Below are positions 52,865-64,000 of a DNA stretch of 64,000 nt, in pieces. The stretch is from Candidatus Eiseniibacteriota bacterium (GTDB lineage Bacteria; Eisenbacteria; RBG-16-71-46; SZUA-252). The notes below the pieces were generated by a model. The model was not told where the DNA came from. It worked only from the letters and a program-made list of their open reading frames with translations, and ran no database searches. How positions within the stretch are numbered: the first letter of the stretch is position 1; every line of letters begins with the position of its first letter. The translations under genes and the position numbers were made by a program. The stretch lies in contig CAVRUU010000009.1 in the NCBI GenBank assembly GCA_963724515.1, positions 63,219-127,218 on the forward strand, read 5' to 3'.

Positions 52865-54091
52865 GTGATATTTTCCCGCTTCGTGAGCCTCCGCGTCGCC
52901 GGTCCGAATCTCGAACGGAGACCGAGGGCCATCCTGGCCCTGGAAGATGGGACTTTCTTCCGGGGCTTTTCGTTTGGGAGGCCGGGGCGGACCGAGGGGG
53001 AAGTGGTCTTCAACACCGGTCTCTGCGGCTACCAGGAAGTCCTCACCGATCCCTCCTACGCAGGTCAGATCGTCACCATGACCTACCCACACATCGGAAA
53101 CTACGGCGTGAACCCGGAGGACGTGGAGTCCACGCGGCCCCAGGTCGCGGGCTTCGTCGTGCGGGAGGTCTCGACCGTCGCCTCCTCCTGGCGTTCGAGC
53201 GGGGAGCTGCACCGCTACCTGGACGAGGCGGGCGTCGTCGGGATCAGCGAGATCGACACGAGGGCGCTGACCCGCCACCTCCGCATCCACGGCGCGAAGC
53301 GGGGCGCGATTTCCACGCTCACCGACGATCCCGACGAGCTGGTGGATCGCGCGCGCTCGTCGCGGAGCATGGTGGGGCTCGACCTCGCGAGGGAGGTGAC
53401 CTGCCTGGAATCATACCGCGTGGAAGCGACGGCCCGTCCCACGGCCGAGGGGGTCCCGCCGCGCGCCGGGCCGTTTCATGTCGTGGCCTACGATTTCGGA
53501 ATGAAGCGGAACATCCTCCGGATGCTCTCGGCGGCGGGATGCGACATCACCGTGGTGCCCGCGACGACGTCCGCGAAGGAGACCCTGGCGCTCGACCCGG
53601 ACGGGGTGTTTCTCTCGAACGGGCCCGGCGATCCCGAGCCCTGTGTCTACGCGATCGAGGCGGCGCGCGAGTTGATTCAGGCCAGGCCCACGTTCGGCAT
53701 CTGCCTCGGCCATCAGATCATGGGCCTCGCGTGCGGTGGGAGGACCTTCAAGCTCAAGTTCGGACACCGCGGCGCGAACCATCCCGTGCGAAACCGGCTC
53801 ACGGGCCAGGTGGCGATCACGTCCCAGAACCATGGCTTCGCGGTCGACCCCGGGCTCTTCATCGATCCGGCGCTCGAGCTCACCCACGAGAACCTGAACG
53901 ACGGGACCGTGGAGGGATTCCGGCACCGCGACCTCCCGGCGTTCTCGGTTCAGTACCACCCCGAAGCGAGCCCCGGGCCCCACGATAGCCACTATCTCTT
54001 CAACCAATTCATCAAGCTCATGGCCGCCCCGGATTTCGCCTCGCGACCCCGCGCCGCGGCGACCCCGGCCGAAACTACGGTGGGGACCTAG
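52865..54091 (+). CDS. carA: carbamoyl-phosphate synthase small (glutaminase) subunit
   Basis: 408 aa. [33 protein letters not shown] catalytic Cys, HGFAV. The exact start is uncertain (GTG 52865). Confidence 0.9.
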   Translation: MIFSRFVSLRVAGPNLERRPRAILALEDGTFFRGFSFGRPGRTEGEVVFNTGLCGYQEVLTDPSYAGQIVTMTYPHIGNYGVNPEDVESTRPQVAGFVVREVSTVASSWRSSGELHRYLDEAGVVGISEIDTRALTRHLRIHGAKRGAISTLTDDPDELVDRARSSRSMVGLDLAREVTCLESYRVEATARPTAEGVPPRAGPFHVVAYDFGMKRNILRMLSAAGCDITVVPATTSAKETLALDPDGVFLSNGPGDPEPCVYAIEAARELIQARPTFGICLGHQIMGLACGGRTFKLKFGHRGANHPVRNRLTGQVAITSQNHGFAVDPGLFIDPALELTHENLNDGTVEGFRHRDLPAFSVQYHPEASPGPHDSHYLFNQFIKLMAAPDFASRPRAAATPAETTVGT

Positions 54092-54094
54092 CGC

Positions 54095-57333
<3,239 letters not shown>

Positions 57334-57337
<4 letters not shown>

Positions 57338-58266
57338 ATCTGCTGATCGCGGGCGGGAGGGGATTCGTCGGCTCCGCCTTGACGCGCCATCTGGCCGCGT
57401 GCGGTCACCGTGTCTCTCTCCTGAGCCGCCATCCCCTCGCACCCCGCGGCGGGGTCCCTGTCTTTCACTGGGACCCCGAGCGCGGGGAGCTGGACCCGGA
57501 GGCCCTGCGGGGCGCCGACGCCGTCGTGACCCTCGTGGGGGAGAACCTCGCCGGCGGAAGATGGACTCCGGAACGGAAGCGCCGCCTCGTCGACAGCCGC
57601 GTCGCGACGACACGATTCCTCGTCCGGCGGATGAGTGAGCGAACGCCGAGACCGCGCGCCCTCGTCAGCGCCTCGGCGGTCGGGATCTACGGGAATCGCG
57701 GCGAGGAAATCCTGACCGAGGCGAGCCCGCCCGGCGCCGGGTTTCTCGCGGATCTCTGCAAGGCGTGGGAAGCGGCGGCGCTCGGGGCGAGCGGGGCCGG
57801 CATCCGGACCGTCGTGCTTCGTTTCGGCATCGTGCTCGGCGCGGGAGGAGGCGCCCTGGCGAAGATGCTCCCGATGTTCAGGTTAGGCGTCGGCGGTCCG
57901 CTCGGAAACGGCATGCAGTGGATGAGCTGGATCGCGCTCTCCGACGTGGTCGGCGTGATCGAGCACGGGCTCTCGCGCGAGGACGTGGCGGGTGCTTTGA
58001 ACGCGGTGGCGCCCGCTCCCGTTCGGAACCGTGATTTCGCGCGCGCCCTGGGACGTGTATTGAGGCGCCCGGCGGTGCTCCCGGCGCCGGCCCTGGCGCT
58101 CAAGCTCCTCTTCGGGGAGATGGCCGACGAGGCGCTTCTCTCGAGCTGCCGCGTGGAACCCGCGAGGCTTCCCGCCCTGGGCTACCGCTTCGCGGTCGAG
58201 GATCTGGAGAAAGCGCTTCGGAACGCGGTCCGAGCGCAAGGGTCGGATCTCAATCCCAGGGACTGA
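57334..58266 (+). CDS. TIGR01777-family (YfcH-like) NAD-dependent epimerase/SDR with DUF1731 C-terminus
   Basis: C-terminal 310 aa of the alternate-frame ORF 54730..58266. TTG at 57334 forms a TTGA overlap with the carB stop. [13 protein letters not shown] Rossmann motif, SASAVGIYG, and a C-terminal ..PALGYRF.. region. Confidence 0.8.
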
Positions 58267-59536
58267 TACCCAGCACCACCATCGCGATCACGCCCGCCGC
58301 CATCGAAGCCCCGAGGATGAACGCCACGCCCTTCCGGTACTCGGGCGCGCCCCTCAGGGCCGCATAGCCGGTCTTCGCGGCTGCGTTGGAGAGAACCGCA
58401 ACCGCGATCCCTCCCGCCGCGGTTCCGGAGGAGAGCCCGGTCTGAGCGTGAAGGCCGGAGAGGCCCAGGGTGATCGCGTCCACGTCCACGAGTCCCGCGA
58501 GGAACGACGCGGCGGCGATCCCCCAGCTCCCCGCGTAGCGGCGCGCCGCTTCGACCGCGACGAGCACGATCGCGAAGATCACGCCGAAGCGGATGGCCTC
58601 ACGGAGCTGGAACGGGTTGGCCAGGGCGCTCTCCTGCGTCGCTTTCGATCCTTCCCGGCTCAGGAGAAACGCGATCGCGATGATGCTGCCCACGGCGGCC
58701 GCGGCGAGAAATGGCCACAGGCGCGCCAGGACCGCGGGACCGGCCACCGCGGTCAGGACCGCGACTCGAACCAGCATGACGGTCGAGGCGAGCCCGGCTC
58801 CGACGGCGAGCTGCCCGACGCCGCTCTTCATGGAGCGCGACTGCAGGGCCAGGGAGACGGTGACCGCGGTGCTCGACGCGAGTCCGCCCAGGATGCCGGT
58901 CAGGAATATGCCCCGGCGCGCGCCCCAGAAACGGACCCCGAGGAAGGCTGCGAAGGAAAGCCCGCAGACGAGCACGACGATGAACCAGAGCCTGCGCGGA
59001 TTCCAGACGCCCCAGGGACCGTAGCCACGGTCGGGGAGGAGCGGCAGGATCACGGCCGCGATCACCGCGAGCGTCAGGGTCGCGCTGAGCTCCTCCCGGG
59101 TCATCGCCCGGGGGAAGGACTCGAGCCGTTCTTTCGAGGCCAGGAGCACGGCGACCGTGATGCCGATCGCGGCGGCCACGACGAGCGCCCCTGAGCCCGC
59201 GATCGCGCCGATCCAGTAGGTCGCGAGCGCGGCGGTCTCGGTGGTGGTGCCGACCGACTCGTCGGCGCTCTTGCGCCAGTAGGCGGCGAGGGCGAGCGCC
59301 GCCACCGCGAGGAATCCCGCGACGACGGCAAGGCCCATCTCGCCCGTCGTGACGGTGAGGCTCGCGCCCAGGAGCGCGAAGAGGGGAAACGTCCGGACGC
59401 CGGCGAACATCCGCTCGCCGCCGGCGTTCGCGGCGCGCTCGCGCTCCATCCCGATCAGGCCGCCCAGGAGCCCCGCGACCAGAAGCCGGAGCAAGGCGGC
59501 GCCGGGATCGGCGACGAAATCGACCGTCTGGTTCAC
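58250..59536 (-). CDS. MgtC/SapB-family plus DUF4010 membrane protein
   Basis: 428-aa polytopic protein. N-terminal MgtC signature (LLVAGLLGGLIGMERE...GVRTF). 17-nt convergent overlap with the preceding gene. Confidence 0.8.
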   Translation of the reverse strand: MNQTVDFVADPGAALLRLLVAGLLGGLIGMERERAANAGGERMFAGVRTFPLFALLGASLTVTTGEMGLAVVAGFLAVAALALAAYWRKSADESVGTTTETAALATYWIGAIAGSGALVVAAAIGITVAVLLASKERLESFPRAMTREELSATLTLAVIAAVILPLLPDRGYGPWGVWNPRRLWFIVVLVCGLSFAAFLGVRFWGARRGIFLTGILGGLASSTAVTVSLALQSRSMKSGVGQLAVGAGLASTVMLVRVAVLTAVAGPAVLARLWPFLAAAAVGSIIAIAFLLSREGSKATQESALANPFQLREAIRFGVIFAIVLVAVEAARRYAGSWGIAAASFLAGLVDVDAITLGLSGLHAQTGLSSGTAAGGIAVAVLSNAAAKTGYAALRGAPEYRKGVAFILGASMAAGVIAMVVLGISPWD

Positions 59537-59563
59537 ACCGGCCTCATCGCACGAACGTGATCA

Positions 59564-62356
59564 TCATGCTTCGTCGCCGCGCAGCAGGCGGCGAAGAACG
59601 AACGTCAGGATGCCTCCGTTCACGTAGTAGCGGACCTCTTGCGGGGTGTCGAGCCGGACCAGCGCCCGGAAGCGGTCCGGCCCCGCCGCCGTGGCTCCCT
59701 TGGCACCCGCGCCATCCCGCCTCACGCGCACCGTGACTTCCTTGGCCCGGTCCGCGTCGGGGCGCGCCGCGTCGGCGATTCCCTCGATATCGTGGATCTC
59801 ATGTCCGGTGAGCCCCAAGGTCTCCGCGTTCTGGCCCGCCTCGAACTGGAGCGGCAGAATGCCCATGCCGATCAGGTTGCTCCGGTGGATGCGCTCGAAG
59901 CTCTCCGCGAGGACGGCGCGGACGCCGAGCAGCTTCGGCCCCTTGGCGGCCCAGTCGCGCGAGGATCCGGATCCGTATTCCTTGCCGGCGATCACGATCG
60001 TCGGCACGCCCTCGCCCGCGTAGCGCATCGCGGCGTCGTAGATCGACAGCTGCTCGCCGCTGGGGAGGTGCATCGTGTAGCCCCCCTCGACGCCCGGAAC
60101 CATCTTGTTCCGGATGCGCGTGTTCGCGAACGTGCCGCGCACCATGACTTCGTGATTCCCTCGCCGCGATCCATACGAATTGAAATCCAGGGGCGGAACG
60201 CCGTGCTCGATCAGATAGCGTCCGGCCGGGCTGTCCTTCTTGATCGAGCCGGCGGGAGAGATGTGGTCCGTGGTGACGCTGTCGCCGAGGAGAGCCAGGA
60301 CCCTCGCCGCTCGTACGTCGGAAACAGGCGGCGGCGTCTTGGGCATGTCGTCGAAATAGGGCGGGCGCTTGACATAGGTGGAATCCGGCTCCCACGCGTA
60401 GCGGTCACCCTGGGGTACGGGCAGGTTTCGCCAGGTCTCGTCCCCGGTGTAGACGTCACGGTATGTTTCGCGGAACGTCTCGGAGCGGACGGCGCTTCGG
60501 ATCGTCGCGTCGATCTCCCTCCGGCTCGGCCAGAGATCGCGGAGATAGACGGGCTTTCCGTCCGATCCCTCTCCCAGGGGCTCCGACGTGAGGTCCAGAT
60601 CCATCCTCCCCGCGAGGGCGTAGGCCACGACGAGCGGCGGCGACGCGAGGTAGTTCGCCCGCACCTCGGGGTGGATGCGGCCCTCGAAGTTCCGATTGCC
60701 GCTCAGGACGGCCGCGACCACCAGGTCCTCGTCCTCGATCGCCTTGGAGATCGGAGGCGGAAGCGGCCCGCTGTTTCCAATGCACGTCGTGCACCCGTAG
60801 CCCACCGTGTAGAACCCGAGCGCTTCGAGGTACTGCGTGAGCCCTGCCTTGCTCAGATACTCGGTCACCGCCTTGGAGCCCGGAGCGAGGCTCGTCTTCA
60901 CCCAGGGCTTGGTCGCGATCCCGCGCTCGACGGCGCGCTTCGCCACGAGGCCGGCGCCCACCATGACGGAAGGATTCGACGTGTTGGTGCAGCTCGTGAT
61001 CGCGGCGATCACGACCGCCCCGTCGCTGAGCGGGAAGGACCTCCCTCCGAGGGTCACCTGGGGCATCGTCGCGGTCGCGTGCCCCGTGGCGCCGTCGCCG
61101 CCTTCTCCCTCCCATCGCTCGAGCGGTTTCCCGGCCGATGTCGGGGCTGCCTTCGCGACCCGCATCGTGGGGAGCGCCTCCGCGAAGTTTCGCTTCGCGT
61201 CGCCGAGACGGACGCGATCCTGGGGCCTGCGGGGTCCGGCGAGGCTCGGCTCGACCGTGCCCAGGTCCAGCGAGAGCGTGTCGGAGTAGAGGGCCTCGGG
61301 GGTGTCTGGGCCGTGAAAGAGCCCCTGTTCTTTCGCGTAGGCCTCGATCAAGCGCAGCTGCTCGGGCGGGCGTCCGGTGAATTCGAGGTAGCGCAGCGTT
61401 TCGGCGTCGATCGGGAACATCCCGCACGTCGCCCCGTACTCCGGGGACATGTTCGCGATCGTGGCCCGGTCGGCGACGGGAAGCGTGGCGAGTCCGGGGC
61501 CGAAGAACTCCACGAACCGGCCGACGACGCCCTTCTTGCGCAGGATCTCGGTCACGGTGAGCACGAGATCGGTCGCGGTGGATCCCTCGGGAAGCTCTCC
61601 CGTCATGCGGAATCCGACCACCTGGGGAAGGAGCATGGAGACGGGCTGTCCGAGCATCGCCGCCTCCGCTTCGATCCCTCCGACGCCCCAGCCCAGAACC
61701 CCCAATCCGTTGATCATCGTGGTGTGGGAATCGGTGCCGATCAGGGTGTCGGGATACGCCTGCGGGGGGTCGCCCTCTCCGGAGAATACGACGCGCGCCA
61801 GATACTCCAAGTTCACTTGGTGGACGATCCCGGTCGCGGGCGGCACGACCCGGAAGTTTCGGAACGCGCGCTGTCCCCAGCGGAGGAAGAGGTAGCGCTC
61901 ACGATTTCGCTCGAACTCCTTCTTCGCGTTGATGAGGAGCGCCGCGCGCGACCCGTACTCGTCCACCTGGACCGAGTGGTCGATCACAAGCTCCGCCGGC
62001 TGCAGCGGATTGATCCGCTTCGCGTCGCCGCCCAGGTCCGCCATTGCGTCGCGCATGGCGGCGAGGTCCACGACCGCGGGAACGCCCGTGAAATCTTGTA
62101 GGAGCACTCGGCTCGGCGTGAAGGCGATCTCGCGGCTCGGCTCCGCCTTGGGATCCCAGCGCCCCACCGCTTCGACGTCCTCGGCGGAGACCACGCGGCC
62201 GTCCATCGAGCGGAGGAGGTTCTCGAGGAGGATCCGCATCGAATAGGGAAGGCGCTCGACGGGAATGCCCGCCTTGGCGAGCGCCTCGAGCCGGAAGATC
62301 TCGTAGCGACGGTCACCCACCTTCAGGACGGATCGTGCGCCGAAAGCGTCGTTCAT
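59564..62356 (-). CDS. acnA: aconitate hydratase A
   Basis: 930 aa. [61 protein letters not shown]. Confidence 0.95.
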   Translation of the reverse strand: MNDAFGARSVLKVGDRRYEIFRLEALAKAGIPVERLPYSMRILLENLLRSMDGRVVSAEDVEAVGRWDPKAEPSREIAFTPSRVLLQDFTGVPAVVDLAAMRDAMADLGGDAKRINPLQPAELVIDHSVQVDEYGSRAALLINAKKEFERNRERYLFLRWGQRAFRNFRVVPPATGIVHQVNLEYLARVVFSGEGDPPQAYPDTLIGTDSHTTMINGLGVLGWGVGGIEAEAAMLGQPVSMLLPQVVGFRMTGELPEGSTATDLVLTVTEILRKKGVVGRFVEFFGPGLATLPVADRATIANMSPEYGATCGMFPIDAETLRYLEFTGRPPEQLRLIEAYAKEQGLFHGPDTPEALYSDTLSLDLGTVEPSLAGPRRPQDRVRLGDAKRNFAEALPTMRVAKAAPTSAGKPLERWEGEGGDGATGHATATMPQVTLGGRSFPLSDGAVVIAAITSCTNTSNPSVMVGAGLVAKRAVERGIATKPWVKTSLAPGSKAVTEYLSKAGLTQYLEALGFYTVGYGCTTCIGNSGPLPPPISKAIEDEDLVVAAVLSGNRNFEGRIHPEVRANYLASPPLVVAYALAGRMDLDLTSEPLGEGSDGKPVYLRDLWPSRREIDATIRSAVRSETFRETYRDVYTGDETWRNLPVPQGDRYAWEPDSTYVKRPPYFDDMPKTPPPVSDVRAARVLALLGDSVTTDHISPAGSIKKDSPAGRYLIEHGVPPLDFNSYGSRRGNHEVMVRGTFANTRIRNKMVPGVEGGYTMHLPSGEQLSIYDAAMRYAGEGVPTIVIAGKEYGSGSSRDWAAKGPKLLGVRAVLAESFERIHRSNLIGMGILPLQFEAGQNAETLGLTGHEIHDIEGIADAARPDADRAKEVTVRVRRDGAGAKGATAAGPDRFRALVRLDTPQEVRYYVNGGILTFVLRRLLRGDEA

Positions 62357-62403
62357 GTGGAGAGAATACCCGAACGCGGCCTCTTCCGGTACAGTCTGCC
62401 GCC

Positions 62404-62997
62404 ATGTCCAACGTGACCCCCCGGCATCGCTTCACGTGGAGACACGCTCTGGTCATCGCGCTCTTCCTGGCGGTGACCGTTTGGGTCGCGGTTGCGTCGG
62501 CGCCGTACTTCACGCGCCCGCGGCTCGAGTCCTTCATCCGAGGCTTTGGGCCCTGGGGGCCGCTCATCCTGCTCGGGCTCCAGGTCGCGCAGATCCTGAT
62601 CGCTCCGATCCCGGGTGTGTTCCTGCCGATTCTGGCGGGGGCGCTCTACGGTCCGGTGGTCGGGGTCCTCATTGCCACCGGGGGGACGCTGCTCGGGTCT
62701 GCCGCCGCCTACGCGATCGGCAATCGGGCGGGAGTCCCGCTCTTACGGCGCTGGATCGGCGAGGAGAACGTCGCCCGCGCCCAGGGGCTGGTCGGGGGGA
62801 AGCGCTGGATCGCGCTCATTCCGCTCTTTCTCCTGCCCTTCACGCCCGCCGACGCGATCTGCTTCGTCGCCGGAATGATCGGGATCAAGGTCAGCCGCTT
62901 CGCGCTGGCGGTGCTGCTGGGACGCGTCCCGAAGGACGCGGCGCTCGCGCTCGCGGGCGCCGGACTGATCCATCTAGGGGACCTGATCGCCAAGTAG
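62404..62997 (+). CDS. TVP38/TMEM64 (DedA-like) family membrane protein
   Basis: ORF 62335..62997. ATG at 62404 (MSNVTPRH). Motifs [15 protein letters not shown] and ICFVAGM. Confidence 0.8.
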   Translation: MSNVTPRHRFTWRHALVIALFLAVTVWVAVASAPYFTRPRLESFIRGFGPWGPLILLGLQVAQILIAPIPGVFLPILAGALYGPVVGVLIATGGTLLGSAAAYAIGNRAGVPLLRRWIGEENVARAQGLVGGKRWIALIPLFLLPFTPADAICFVAGMIGIKVSRFALAVLLGRVPKDAALALAGAGLIHLGDLIAK

Positions 62998-63030
62998 CTT
63001 GCGCCGGCGCCTGCCGCGCCACCGATCGCG

Positions 63031-64000
63031 CTACGGGTGCCGCCCCTTGACGATGATCTTGATGGGCGTACCCGCTTCCACGGTTCCGGTCGCGCGCAAG
63101 TTGTTCAAGATCGCCGTCTCCTCGAGACTCAACGCCTGCGGACCGAGACGGCCCACGACCTCGGCGAACGTGCCGGACTGGCCCGCGATCGCGACGTGCA
63201 CCCGGTCCGGTGTCACGCTCAGCTTGTCGGGATCGCGCAGCTTCGCGAGGCTCCGTATCGAAGCGAGAATCTGCTCCGACGCGATGTCTCCGTCGGAACG
63301 GCTCTGCCCCAGGACTTGCAGAAACTGACCCGGCTTGTAGCCGACGAACCCGGCGATCAACACCTGCCTTCCGCCCTCTCCGTTCGCGACGACGTGCCCG
63401 ATCCACGCGGGGAAGTCTCGGAAACTCTCCGCCCGTCCCGAAGCGTCGAGGATCTTCTTTTCCTCGAGGAGGGACTGGACGAAACGCTCCGGCGTCGCGG
63501 AGAGATCCTTGGACCGCTGGAGCGTCAGCTCCATCATGGCCCCCAGCGATTGATTCATGGCGACGACCGAGCTGGGCTGGTTCGCCGTCTTCCATCCGTC
63601 GGGGAAGATCATCTCGAAGCCGAGATCGGGGTGATAAAAACGGTTCCCGACGAAGAATCCGGCGCGCGGATCGTCCCCGAAGACGAGCCCTTCGATGCGG
63701 GCCCGGTAGCGCGGGGCGTCGATCTCGAGACCCTTCCTTCCACCAGCGACCGCGGCCTGCGCGAGCTGCGACGTGCGGATCTCGCGATCGCCGGGATCCG
63801 GGTGCGTCGAGAGGAAACCGGGGAGGTTGGCGCCCTGCCGCTCGCCGACGCGCTTCAACATGGCGTAGGTCGACGGAATCTCGCGCGGGTCGTACACCGC
63901 CTTGGTCGCGTACCCCACGCCCAGCTCGTCCGCCTGAGTCTCGTTGTCGCGGCTGTATTTCAGGAAGAGCAGTCCGAGGCCCTGCTGTGCCAAGCCGGTG
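63031..64000 (-). CDS. M48-family metalloprotease, C-terminal portion (5' end beyond the right edge)
   Basis: The frame is open to the window end. SRDNETQADELG is the downstream zinc-ligand region of M48 peptidases, and the HExxH would lie upstream, outside the window. Followed by a long C-terminal domain. Confidence 0.75.
   Translation of the reverse strand, partial: TGLAQQGLGLLFLKYSRDNETQADELGVGYATKAVYDPREIPSTYAMLKRVGERQGANLPGFLSTHPDPGDREIRTSQLAQAAVAGGRKGLEIDAPRYRARIEGLVFGDDPRAGFFVGNRFYHPDLGFEMIFPDGWKTANQPSSVVAMNQSLGAMMELTLQRSKDLSATPERFVQSLLEEKKILDASGRAESFRDFPAWIGHVVANGEGGRQVLIAGFVGYKPGQFLQVLGQSRSDGDIASEQILASIRSLAKLRDPDKLSVTPDRVHVAIAGQSGTFAEVVGRLGPQALSLEETAILNNLRATGTVEAGTPIKIIVKGRHP

Noticed and set aside
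50477-53290. 937-aa minus-strand ORF
   Set aside because: Antisense to fadE and the start of carA. Composition-driven artefact.
59639-62101. 820-aa plus-strand ORF
   Set aside because: Antisense to acnA, which is clearly aconitase. Arg/Gly/Asp-rich nonsense translation.

Overview
GC-rich, gene-dense bacterial chromosome segment, about 55 genes, with many 4-nt start/stop overlaps. The gene content (Alternative Complex III, an A2-type haem-copper oxidase, DUF5916 and M3/M48 peptidases) suggests a Gemmatimonadota-, Acidobacteriota- or Rhodothermus-like lineage; that is inference only.

Most of the window is core metabolism:
- Menaquinone synthesis: menF-menD-menH-menB at the left edge, and ubiE/menG at about 49.8 kb.
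- A 13-kb respiratory supercluster: actABCDEF, a membrane-tethered dihaem cytochrome c, coxB-coxA, and ctaA-ctaB-ctaG.
- A sugar-phosphate block on the minus strand: fbaB-glk-pgl-zwf-gnd-tal and pgi-rpiB.
- carAB, fadE, acnA and one tRNA-Leu(UAA).

The most interesting part is a five-gene, translationally coupled minus-strand operon at 38997-45473. It encodes:
- a membrane-anchored ferredoxin plus FAD/NAD(P) reductase fusion;
- a 5-TM protein with two H-x13-H helices, the pattern that binds two b haems;
- a 17-haem cytochrome c;
- a 13-haem cytochrome c;
- an outer-membrane beta-barrel.

I read this as a candidate NOX-like, possibly quinone-independent, trans-envelope electron conduit.

Other observations:
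- An exported TRASH/YHS-repeat protein has an in-frame TGA inside its C-x3-C metal motif, followed by a hairpin. This is either selenocysteine or a nonsense lesion.
- coxA carries a 1-nt frameshift.
- coxB lacks a CuA histidine.
- A second M3 peptidase copy is frameshifted.
- A VOC enzyme carries a histone-like Lys/Ala/Pro tail.

I saw no CRISPR array, rRNA, transposase or integrase. The many long antisense and alternate-frame ORFs in the track are GC-content artefacts.
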